Positions 9,515-17,367 of a DNA stretch of 26,523 bases are shown here, piece after piece (the stretch's first letter is position 1; every line of letters begins with the position of its first letter). Source of the DNA: Nitrospirota bacterium (GTDB lineage: Bacteria > Nitrospirota > Nitrospiria > Nitrospirales > NS-4); the NCBI GenBank assembly GCA_963788195.1, contig CAWBGA010000018.1, positions 1-26,523 on the forward strand, given 5' to 3'. The position numbers were made by a program, and so were the translations under genes. The notes beneath the pieces are model-generated. The model was not told where the DNA came from. It saw only the letters and a list, made by a program, of their open reading frames with translations, and ran no database searches.

Positions 9515-10535
9515 ATGCGAAAGGTCCGCTGGGAAGTCTTGCTGAGACGCTCCGTCGGCCTACTTGTGGCTCTAGGTGTCTTGACTGGCCTTTCCGTCGG
9601 CGCGCAGACGGCATCTAAAGGCCTCTCCGTTCCCGATACGGTGGCGGAGGTGTTGCCTTCCGTCGTCAGCATCATGTCTCAGGGGACACGGGTTGCGCCG
9701 TTTCAACCGTTTCCCGCAGGTTCCGGTTCAGGTATCATCATTGCTCCGGGATACATCCTGACGTCCAACCACCTGGTCACGGGCTCAACCCGACTCGTGG
9801 TGGGACTTCATGACGGCCGCCTGGTTCCCGGCCGTGTCGCGGGCCGTGACTTTCCTCACGGACCTCGCTTTGATCAAGGTTGAGATTGACGGCCTGGTTC
9901 CTGCGAAACTCGGGCAGTCGTCGAAGCTGCGGATTGGTGAAACGGTGGTCGCAATCGGAAACCCATTGGCCGTAAAAACGGGCGCTACGGTGTCGGTTGG
10001 CGTCGTGAGTGCAGTAGATCGGGCGATCCTGCCCCCGACTGGCGAAACTCTTTACAACCTGATTCAGACAGATGCCGCATTGAATCCTGGCAGCAGCGGG
10101 GGTCCACTTGTCGATCTGTCTGCCAGCATCATCGGAATCAGCACCGCCGTGGCGCCTGCCGCGCAGAATATCAGCTATGCCATTGCCATCGATGAGGCTT
10201 TCGCAGTGGCGCAATCATTGATCGTCCGGGGGAGTATGTTGCGACCCCCGCTGGGTTTTATTCCCATGACTATAACCCCCAGCGTTGTCGCTGCCTTCAA
10301 TCTTGATGTGGAGCGCGGCGTGTTAGTCCTCCAGGTTGAAGCTACTGGCCTTGCCGCGGAAGCGGGGCTTCGAGATCAGGACGTGATTACCGCCGTCGAT
10401 CTGACACAGATCTATAACATGTCGGACTTGTGGCACGCGCTGCTCAGAAATGGCGCCTCTCCTGTTGCAAGGCTTTCTGTGGTGCGGAAGGCAGCGCAGG
10501 AAAATATTCTGATTAGGCGCCCCATTAACAAGTAG
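9515..10535 (+). CDS. HtrA/DegP-like trypsin serine protease with one PDZ domain; +1 frameshift at about 9851-9853
   Basis: Frame 1 has a signal/TM segment, GSGSGII and LTSNHLV (His). The second frame has DLALIKV (Asp), DAALNPGSSGGPL (Ser) and the PDZ. Removing one T from gacTTTcctc gives continuous GRDFLTDLAL. SD GGAGGAG before the ATG at 9515. Confidence 0.85.
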
Positions 10536-10543
10536 GATTCAAC

Positions 10544-11236
10544 TTGGTTTCCCCAGCTCGTCTCCTTAACCTGGGATTGACTACGTATGCGGACGCCTGT
10601 GAGCTCCAGGTATTGCTGCATGAGGCCCGCGCGGCTAACCGAATTGAGGATATACTGATTATCACTGAACATCTGCCAGTGTACACCCGGGGTCGGACAG
10701 CGCGTCCCGAGCACTTGGCGGGCTGGTGGGATCGAAACACGATCGATGGCATCCCGGTATGCATAACCGACCGCGGGGGCTCGGTCACCTACCATGGACC
10801 CGGTCAACTTGTCGGATACCCCATCCTTGAACTCCGGCGGTACTGTGCCGGCCCGAAGGCGTACGTCGGTCTTTTGGAAGAGGTGCTGATCCGAGGTCTT
10901 TCACAGCTGGCGATAGTGTCGACCCGCCGCCATGGCGCGCCTGGGGTATGGGTGGACGGGCGGAAGATCGGAGCCATTGGGGTCAGGATCTCGAAAGGGG
11001 TGACACGGCACGGGTTTGCGCTGAATGTGACAAATGAGCTGTACCCGTTTTCAGCGGTATTGCCTTGTGGGTTGAGCGACTGTGTCGTCACCTCCGTTGC
11101 CCGCGAATCAGTCGGGGAGGTGACGTTCAGCGCCGCCGTGCAGGCGGTGACAAAAGAATTTCAAGAAGTATTCGAGCTGTCTTGGCTTGACGGGCTACAG
11201 GATATGGAGGGGAAGGCATGCACGCCGACGATTTGA
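10544..11236 (+). CDS. lipB: Lipoyl(octanoyl) transferase
   Basis: EHLPVYTRGR, DRGGSVTYHGPGQLVGYPI, KIGAIG, HGFALNV and PCG motifs. Confidence 0.95.
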   Translation: MVSPARLLNLGLTTYADACELQVLLHEARAANRIEDILIITEHLPVYTRGRTARPEHLAGWWDRNTIDGIPVCITDRGGSVTYHGPGQLVGYPILELRRYCAGPKAYVGLLEEVLIRGLSQLAIVSTRRHGAPGVWVDGRKIGAIGVRISKGVTRHGFALNVTNELYPFSAVLPCGLSDCVVTSVARESVGEVTFSAAVQAVTKEFQEVFELSWLDGLQDMEGKACTPTI

Positions 11237-11577
11237 TTCGATACCGCCTGCTGAACTATTTGATCGAAGCCCATGAATGTCAACTCATCTCAGCCAATGT
11301 GGCGGTGTTGAGCGAAATCGCTGAGTCCGAGTGGGGGCAGGTCCAGGACGTCTTAAACCAGCTCTTTCAGGACGGCGATATTGTCATGACAAAGGACAAC
11401 CAGCCATATCGGAGCGGGGTGAACGGTGGCTGGTTTTTTCACGCCGGCAACTTTCAAATTAAGGCCACGGTCCGCGGCCGTCGGGAGTATGCAAAACTTC
11501 AGGTCCTTAAGGAACCTCCCGTCGGAGAGCTGGATGGTCAGTCTCCTTCGGAAGGGGCGGGTTCCCAGCAAGGTTAG
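11218..11577 (+). CDS. Hypothetical protein, possibly winged-helix
   Basis: SD GGAGG before the ATG. Overlaps the lipB end and stops 6 bp before gdhA. Helix-helix-helix-strand pattern ending in 'IKATVRGRRE'. Confidence 0.6.
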   Translation: MHADDLIRYRLLNYLIEAHECQLISANVAVLSEIAESEWGQVQDVLNQLFQDGDIVMTKDNQPYRSGVNGGWFFHAGNFQIKATVRGRREYAKLQVLKEPPVGELDGQSPSEGAGSQQG

Positions 11578-11583
11578 ATCAGG

Positions 11584-12855
11584 ATGGTTGTACAACCCTC
11601 TGACGAATTCAACACGTCGATGTTTAGGCTGGCGGTCGCTCAATTCGAGGAAGCCGCCGATCGGCTCGGATTAAGCCCTCTCCTCCGGGATCGCCTGAAA
11701 CTTCCGCAGCGAGCCCTCATCGTATCGGTTCCAATTCGTATGGACGATGGCACGGTGAAGGTTTTCGCAGGGTACCGAGTACAGCATGACACGGCCCTCG
11801 GCCCGTCCAAGGGTGGCGTTCGCTATCACTCGGAAGTCCATCTAGGGGAAGTTGCCGCACTGGCTATGTGGATGACCTGGAAATGCGCTTTGGTGGGGTT
11901 GCCTTATGGTGGCGCCAAGGGCGGCGTTCGGGTGGCGCCGGATCAGCTGTCACGGGGGGAGTTAGAGCGTCTCACGCGGCGCTACACCGCCGAGATCGCG
12001 CCCCATATCGGCCCGGAGGAAGATATTCCGGCGCCGGATGTGGGCACTAATTCGCAGGTCATGGCTTGGATGATGGACACCTATAGCCAGCAGGTAGGGT
12101 ACGCGGTTCCCGGAGTTGTCACCGGCAAGCCGTTGTCGATCGGAGGCAGCCTCGGTCGAGAGGACGCCACCGGGCGAGGCGTTGTGGACGTGATAAGGGA
12201 GGCCTTGAAGCGATTCAACCTGACCATGACGGATGCAACCGTGGTGGTCCAAGGCTTCGGCAATGTCGGGATGCACACGGCGATTATCATGCATCAGGCA
12301 GGCGCCAAAGTTCTCGCCGTGAGCGATGCCAAGGGCGGGATTTATAATCCCCAGGGCATCGATATCCCGACGTTGGTTTCGCGATATGACAGTAAAACCC
12401 GGCCGCTCGCTGAGTGCGAAGCAGGCGAGGCGATCACGAACGAGGAACTGCTTCAGTTACAGTGTACGGTTCTCGTTCCGGCGGCGCTATCCGAGCAGAT
12501 CACGGTGGCTAACGCGGGCAAGCTGCGCTGCCGCATTCTCGCAGAGGGCGCGAATGGGCCCACCACCCTCGAGGCCGATCGCGTGCTCGAAGAGCGGGGC
12601 ATTTTCATTATTCCTGACATTTTGGCCAATTCGGGCGGCGTGATCGTGTCATATTTCGAGTGGGTCCAGGACGTTCAGAAGTATTTCTGGACTCAACAGG
12701 ACATCCAGGAACGCCTATACTCCATCATTACCAGCTCCTTTCACCGAACGGTGGCATTCGCCGAGAATCGAAAGGTGAGCATGCGAATGGCGGCGCTGAT
12801 GTGCGGCATTGACAGGACCGCCCAGGCGCATCTCGTTCGCGGACTCTATCCGTGA
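11584..12855 (+). CDS. gdhA: Glutamate dehydrogenase (Glu/Leu/Phe/Val dehydrogenase family)
   Basis: GPSKGGVRY (Lys typical of Glu-specific enzymes), GGAKGG, DIPAPDVGT, GFGNVG, EGANGP and GGVIVSYFEW motifs. Confidence 0.92.
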   Translation: MVVQPSDEFNTSMFRLAVAQFEEAADRLGLSPLLRDRLKLPQRALIVSVPIRMDDGTVKVFAGYRVQHDTALGPSKGGVRYHSEVHLGEVAALAMWMTWKCALVGLPYGGAKGGVRVAPDQLSRGELERLTRRYTAEIAPHIGPEEDIPAPDVGTNSQVMAWMMDTYSQQVGYAVPGVVTGKPLSIGGSLGREDATGRGVVDVIREALKRFNLTMTDATVVVQGFGNVGMHTAIIMHQAGAKVLAVSDAKGGIYNPQGIDIPTLVSRYDSKTRPLAECEAGEAITNEELLQLQCTVLVPAALSEQITVANAGKLRCRILAEGANGPTTLEADRVLEERGIFIIPDILANSGGVIVSYFEWVQDVQKYFWTQQDIQERLYSIITSSFHRTVAFAENRKVSMRMAALMCGIDRTAQAHLVRGLYP

Positions 12856-13220
12856 GATGGCTCGTCTTCACAACGATTGGGGTGCTGTGGTTTTCATTAG
12901 GAATGGGGCTGATTATGGCGCCGGCGTGGACTGTGGTGATGGTGGAACGTCTCATATCGGATGAGTTTCGTCTGTTCGTTCTTACTCAATTAATAATGAT
13001 TGTGAGCCTGGCCCTGGTTGTTGGAACAACTGGTATGCATTTTCATGGTTTATGGATCCTGCTTGGCTGTATAGGCCTTCTGAAGGGCCTCTTTTTTACG
13101 TGGGCGCCGATCGGCCGCCGCGAAGCGGTGCTCGACTGGGCCCTCAAGCGACCGTTCTGGGAGTATCGGCTCTGCGGTATAATTCTAGTCGTCTTAGCCA
13201 CGATGCTGGCGTACGGATGA
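12852..13220 (+). CDS. Hypothetical 4-TM membrane protein
   Basis: GTGA overlap with the gdhA stop. Four hydrophobic segments. Confidence 0.7.
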   Translation: MRWLVFTTIGVLWFSLGMGLIMAPAWTVVMVERLISDEFRLFVLTQLIMIVSLALVVGTTGMHFHGLWILLGCIGLLKGLFFTWAPIGRREAVLDWALKRPFWEYRLCGIILVVLATMLAYG

Positions 13221-13240
13221 GCGTGCCCTAAGGAGCGGCG

Positions 13241-13576
13241 GTGGCAGAAACACTAGCGGCACTCTGGGAACGCCATCAGCAGGAAGCGCTGCCGGAGGTC
13301 CCGGCGTTGAACAAAGGGGAGCTCTGGGTCCTTGATGAGGTCATCGGTGGCTGCATCTCTTATTACCTGGACGCCGGTCGAACTCTCGATATGCAGCGCC
13401 TCGCCATCCTGCGCGATTGCCGCGCGGATCTGGATCGGTTGCTCCCAGAGCTGGAAGGGCCGGCGCTAGATTATTTCTACCGGCTTGGAACTCTGGCGGA
13501 GCTTGTCCTGAACTCCGACGCTACCGAACATGAATCGCTTGAGGCAAGCGATGACACGGGGACCCAGGGACGCTAG
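13241..13576 (+). CDS. Hypothetical helical protein
   Basis: SD AAGGAG before the GTG. Normal codon and amino-acid composition. Confidence 0.7.
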   Translation: MAETLAALWERHQQEALPEVPALNKGELWVLDEVIGGCISYYLDAGRTLDMQRLAILRDCRADLDRLLPELEGPALDYFYRLGTLAELVLNSDATEHESLEASDDTGTQGR

Positions 13577-13581
13577 CCTGG

Positions 13582-13610
13582 TTGCATCTCCAGAGCTGCT
13601 TCGCTAATAT
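13582..13610 (+). promoter_or_regulatory. Possible sigma-70 promoter for the downstream exported protein
   Basis: TTGCAT (13582-13587), 17-bp spacer, TAATAT (13605-13610). Confidence 0.35.
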
Positions 13611-13657
13611 CCGTCGGTTATTCTACGGGCATGATCTTTTTTACGGGGAGGCAAAGC

Positions 13658-14188
13658 ATGCGCAGGTTTAAGAAAATCCTTCCGGCCGTCCTCAGCCTGG
13701 TGATTGTCTTCCTGGCCGCTCATGAGGTCGCGGCCGAATCCTATGAACTCACCGAGAGTGATGTGAATGACCTTTCAAAGGTCAACACCCCCGAAATTTC
13801 ATTGTTCGGGATCAAGCTGGGCGACCCCGAAGATAAGGTGAAAGAAAAGCTGATCAAAATTAAGATCCCGGGCGTGAAGGTTGAAATTCAGGATGTGTAT
13901 GTGATGCTCTATGACAGGCGGAGTCCAGGCAACCCCATGGCCGGGATACGGTTGAGCGACGGAAAAGTCGACTATATATTTATTAATCAACGCTTTGCGC
14001 ATCTCGCATCCGGGGTCTTTCGCTCGATCTTGCGGGGCGAGGGGGTGGAGGAAGCGCGAAAACTCCTGGGCAAAGAGGAATACTCTGAAGACCAGACGAC
14101 GTTTACCCGACTGAATTATAAAGGTGGTACGATGGTCCTTGTCTTTTCTGGGCGGGACATAACCGTCGAATTCAACGCAGCGGTCTGA
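13658..14188 (+). CDS. Hypothetical exported protein
   Basis: SD GGGGAGG before the ATG at 13658. Sec-type signal peptide MRRFKKILPAVLSLVIVFLAAHEVAA|ES. Confidence 0.75.
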   Translation: MRRFKKILPAVLSLVIVFLAAHEVAAESYELTESDVNDLSKVNTPEISLFGIKLGDPEDKVKEKLIKIKIPGVKVEIQDVYVMLYDRRSPGNPMAGIRLSDGKVDYIFINQRFAHLASGVFRSILRGEGVEEARKLLGKEEYSEDQTTFTRLNYKGGTMVLVFSGRDITVEFNAAV

Positions 14189-14190
14189 CC

Positions 14191-15123
14191 TTAATAAGTG
14201 TCAAGAATCGTCGGGGCATCACGCAATTCGCCCTCCAGCAGAGTTTGCGCCGTGCTCCATCGCTGGCGTGAATTCAGCAGCACCAGGAGGAGTTCCTTGT
14301 CGCCCCTGTGGACGACCGTGATCAGGCAGCGCCCCGCGGCCTTTGTGTAACCAGTCTTGACACCGACGACGCCATCCATGACGCCCAGGAGGCGGTTCGT
14401 CGTCCGGGATACAAACGCTCGCGATTGGTTCACCTGGCGTAACACCGCCTTTGGCTCCTTCACGATGGTGGAGAAGGTTTCATATCCCATCGCATATTCC
14501 GTCAGCTTTGCGAGTTCTTCCGCGGTCGAGTAGTGCTGAACCATATTGAATCCGCAGGCATTACGGAATTGTGTCTGTGTCAGCCCCATTTCCTGAGCCT
14601 TGGCGTTCATCTTATCGACAAAGGCCTCCTCCGTCCCCGCAATATGCTCGGCCGCGGCAAGACAGGCGTCGTTCGCCGATCGGATCAACATTGCCTCCAA
14701 CAGCCCCCTCAGTGGAAAGACCTGGCCCCGTTTCAAGTACAGTTTCGTGGGGAGGGCGGCAGCCGCCTTGCGGCTAATCACCACCGAATCTTCGAGATTG
14801 CCCTCTGACAGAATCACGATGGCCGACATGATTTTGGTCAGGCTTGCGGGCGGCATCGGCTCTCTCGCACGCTGCTCGAACAGGATTCTTCCGGTGGTGA
14901 GGTCCTTCAGCAAAATGGCTTCCGCGCGTGGCGTTACTGCTCGAAACTTTCTCTTGTAGACACGGTGCAGCCTGGCCTTGGTGCCCTTGACGGTATGTGC
15001 CGGGGAAAGCCGCTTCGAAGCCTTACTCTCCTTGTCTTGCGCCATGGTCGGGTGACTCTGGGCAAGACAGAGGATCGTGAAGATCACAGCGATCACTGTA
15101 GCGGCAGGACGGGTAGCCTTCAT
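14191..15123 (-). CDS. D-alanyl-D-alanine carboxypeptidase (peptidase S11, low-MW PBP)
   Basis: SxxK (PASLTK), SxN (SAN) and KTG motifs plus a signal peptide. The ATG at 15123 overlaps the upstream stop (ATGA). Confidence 0.92.
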   Translation of the reverse strand: MKATRPAATVIAVIFTILCLAQSHPTMAQDKESKASKRLSPAHTVKGTKARLHRVYKRKFRAVTPRAEAILLKDLTTGRILFEQRAREPMPPASLTKIMSAIVILSEGNLEDSVVISRKAAAALPTKLYLKRGQVFPLRGLLEAMLIRSANDACLAAAEHIAGTEEAFVDKMNAKAQEMGLTQTQFRNACGFNMVQHYSTAEELAKLTEYAMGYETFSTIVKEPKAVLRQVNQSRAFVSRTTNRLLGVMDGVVGVKTGYTKAAGRCLITVVHRGDKELLLVLLNSRQRWSTAQTLLEGELRDAPTILDTY

Positions 15124-15308
15124 GAAGGGATCGTGGCGCCAGGCTTCAGATCCTTTTCGCTGGCTTGCAAGACCCGATGGAAGAAGCGTAGAAGGTCGGC
15201 CAGATCGAGCCAAAACCCGCAGTTAAGGCAGCGGGCGTAGAGGCGACGGCTGTCCAATGTGTACTGCCGTTCGGCGAGCATAAAACCCTGGCATTTCAAA
15301 CATGTCAT
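15120..15308 (-). CDS. Small CxxC...CxxC (zinc-ribbon-like) protein
   Basis: MTCLKCQGFM...RCLNCG. Its stop overlaps the carboxypeptidase start (ATGA coupling). Confidence 0.65.
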   Translation of the reverse strand: MTCLKCQGFMLAERQYTLDSRRLYARCLNCGFWLDLADLLRFFHRVLQASEKDLKPGATIPS

Positions 15309-15361
15309 CGATGGCACTGTGACATTGCCTCGGGCCTATGTCAAGATTTCGGATGCGGCAT

Positions 15362-15544
15362 TTATTTGATTCGATTCAGTATGATCGCAATACAGCCGGC
15401 CAGCAGTCCGCCGCCGGTTATTGTGAGCAGAAAGCCGGCAAAACTCTTGTTGCCATTCAGCAAGTCTTGAAAGCCTCCCTGCACCATTAATACGCCAAGG
15501 GTGGTTGCGGCGCCCGTCAGGAACCACCATGAGAACGTTTTCAT
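15362..15544 (-). CDS. Small 2-TM membrane protein (60 aa)
   Basis: SD GGGGGAG before the ATG. Two hydrophobic helices. Confidence 0.6.
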   Translation of the reverse strand: MKTFSWWFLTGAATTLGVLMVQGGFQDLLNGNKSFAGFLLTITGGGLLAGCIAIILNRIK

Positions 15545-15623
15545 AATTCTCCCCCGGCGCCGTAATTCATCTCACATCGGCACCGTACAGGAGTGTTAAG
15601 GGACTGTCCAGCCGGCAGACACC

Positions 15624-16784
15624 TCATTGGACGGGTACCACGTGGGAGCGCGGATCCTTCGCTAGAAAGATTGAGATTGTGCTGGAAATGTTGTTCGCGA
15701 TAGCGAGGCCGGGTCTCGGATCCTTGGATGTGAAAGCGATCAAAGCGATGGCAAACGGCGCCGCTCCGCTTTTGTAACTTCGCGGTGGTTGCCAGAATGT
15801 GCCGTCCCCCTTGCCGAGGACAATCGACAAATCGCCGGATAGGTTATTAACAACCGCCACATCAGTCTTGCCATCTGTGTCGAAGTCGCCGGTGACCATC
15901 GCCATCGGACCGGCATTTGCCCCGAAGGCAACTCCCTTCGTGAATGTGCCGCCCCCGTTGCCGAGAAACACTGTGATGTCATCCATCTCGCCATTGACCA
16001 CCAGCATATCCAGATGACGATCGCCGTTCAGGTCCAGGATTGATACACCGAGAGGCCGATGTCCGGTTTTGTAGGCGCTGGGAGCGTCAAACGTGCCGTC
16101 GCCCTTACCTGGAAACACTGCCACGGAGCTACTCATCTGTCCGCCTTGAGTCACCGCCAAATCCAACACGCCATCGCCATTGATGTCGGCCGCCGCGACC
16201 GCTGTGGGCGTATCCCCATATTCATAAAGGGCTTTTTGGACAAACAACCCATTGCCGCGGCCGAGCAGGATCAACAGCTTGTCGTTTCTCAGTGCGACGG
16301 CAATATCGGGATGGCCATCCTTATTAAAATCCCCGCAAGCCAGGGCAACCGGCGACTTGACGGCCGGATATGTTTCGCCCTTGGTAAATTGTCCGGCGCC
16401 GTTTCCCAACAATATTGTCACGCGATGATTCCCGGCATTGGCCACGGCGAGATCTAGGCGCCCATCGCCGTTCAGATCGTGCAAGATCAGAGCCCGCGGC
16501 TGTTCGGGTACCCGTAGGGTCATCGGTTCCCGAAAACTTCCGTCCCCATTACCGATGAGAATGGTCAGGGAGTCACTGCCGATGTTCGTCGTAATGAGAT
16601 CGCCGAGGCCGTCCCCATTGACATCGCCGGAGACGATGCTAGTGGGGTTTTTACCTACGATATATGAATGATAGAGATAGAACAAGTCCGGGACTGGGTG
16701 AGATTCGCGCTGGGTACAGGCGCTAGACGCAATAAGAGCCACACTGCCGAGGAATCCCATCATTCGGAGCAACGACATTCTCAT
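15624..16784 (-). CDS. FG-GAP/VCBS-repeat beta-propeller lipoprotein
   Basis: Six DxNxDGxxD-type repeats plus a degenerate seventh. Lipobox-like ASSAC after a hydrophobic stretch. The ORF-track extension to 16883 is translated repeat sequence, so the real start is taken as the ATG at 16784. Confidence 0.88.
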   Translation of the reverse strand: MRMSLLRMMGFLGSVALIASSACTQRESHPVPDLFYLYHSYIVGKNPTSIVSGDVNGDGLGDLITTNIGSDSLTILIGNGDGSFREPMTLRVPEQPRALILHDLNGDGRLDLAVANAGNHRVTILLGNGAGQFTKGETYPAVKSPVALACGDFNKDGHPDIAVALRNDKLLILLGRGNGLFVQKALYEYGDTPTAVAAADINGDGVLDLAVTQGGQMSSSVAVFPGKGDGTFDAPSAYKTGHRPLGVSILDLNGDRHLDMLVVNGEMDDITVFLGNGGGTFTKGVAFGANAGPMAMVTGDFDTDGKTDVAVVNNLSGDLSIVLGKGDGTFWQPPRSYKSGAAPFAIALIAFTSKDPRPGLAIANNISSTISIFLAKDPRSHVVPVQ

Positions 16785-16809
16785 AGCCAAGTCATTGTAC
16801 CGGGACAGC

Positions 16810-17273
16810 AGGGGGAAAAGGAATCTGTCTTGGCAGATTCCAGGGCGGGCGGGTGCAATAGGGGGAAAAGGAATCTGTCTCACGGGAAAAAAGCCTGTCT
16901 CGGCAGGCTTTGGGGCGGGTGGGTGGAATAAGATTCCAGGCCACGGGAGAAGAGCCTGTTTCAGGCTCGGGGCGGGTCGGGTGCAATGGCGGGTGTAATA
17001 GGGGGAAAAGAAATCTGTCCCACGGGAAAAGGTGCTGTCCTGGCAGCGCCGGAGGGTGGCGGGCGCAATAGGGTGCTATCGATAAGATGAAGATCATCAA
17101 AGAGAAGAGAAACTACCCCGGCGGCCTTAAACAATCATCAGGCCTTCACGGGAAAAAGAGCTCGTCTCGGCGAGCTCGGGGTGGGCTGGGTACAACGTCG
17201 AGCAAGGTCTGATTGGCGGGTGCCAGGGGAAAAGAAGTCTGTCCTGGCAGACTTCAGGGAGGGAGGGTGTAAT
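16810..17273. repeat. Cluster C of the hairpin/G-tract repeat family (G-rich strand = +)
   Basis: Full units at 16810-16860, 16881-16930, 16942-16988, 17021-17070, 17147-17196 and 17224-17273, plus an interrupted outer unit spanning 16861-17000. Lies between divergent genes. Confidence 0.93.
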
Positions 17274-17367
17274 GTGGTTGCCAGCGGGAGCAACTTACGA
17301 AACGGGCATGCACGCAGTTGCCTCCTGCGGTTGCGCCGCCGTCAAATGCTGAGTTAGACTTTCACGT

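Noticed and set aside
15624..16640. Internal DNA repetition in the FG-GAP gene
   Set aside because: Explained by protein-level propeller blade repeats.
16785..17100. N-terminal extension of the FG-GAP ORF to 16883, and ORFs 16792-17100 and 16795-16998
   Set aside because: Translated repeat sequence. The signal peptide begins at the ATG at 16784.
16810..17273. CRISPR array interpretation of the clustered palindromic repeats
   Set aside because: Units are not identical, there are no regular unique spacers, copies are nested and dispersed in both orientations, and no cas genes are present.
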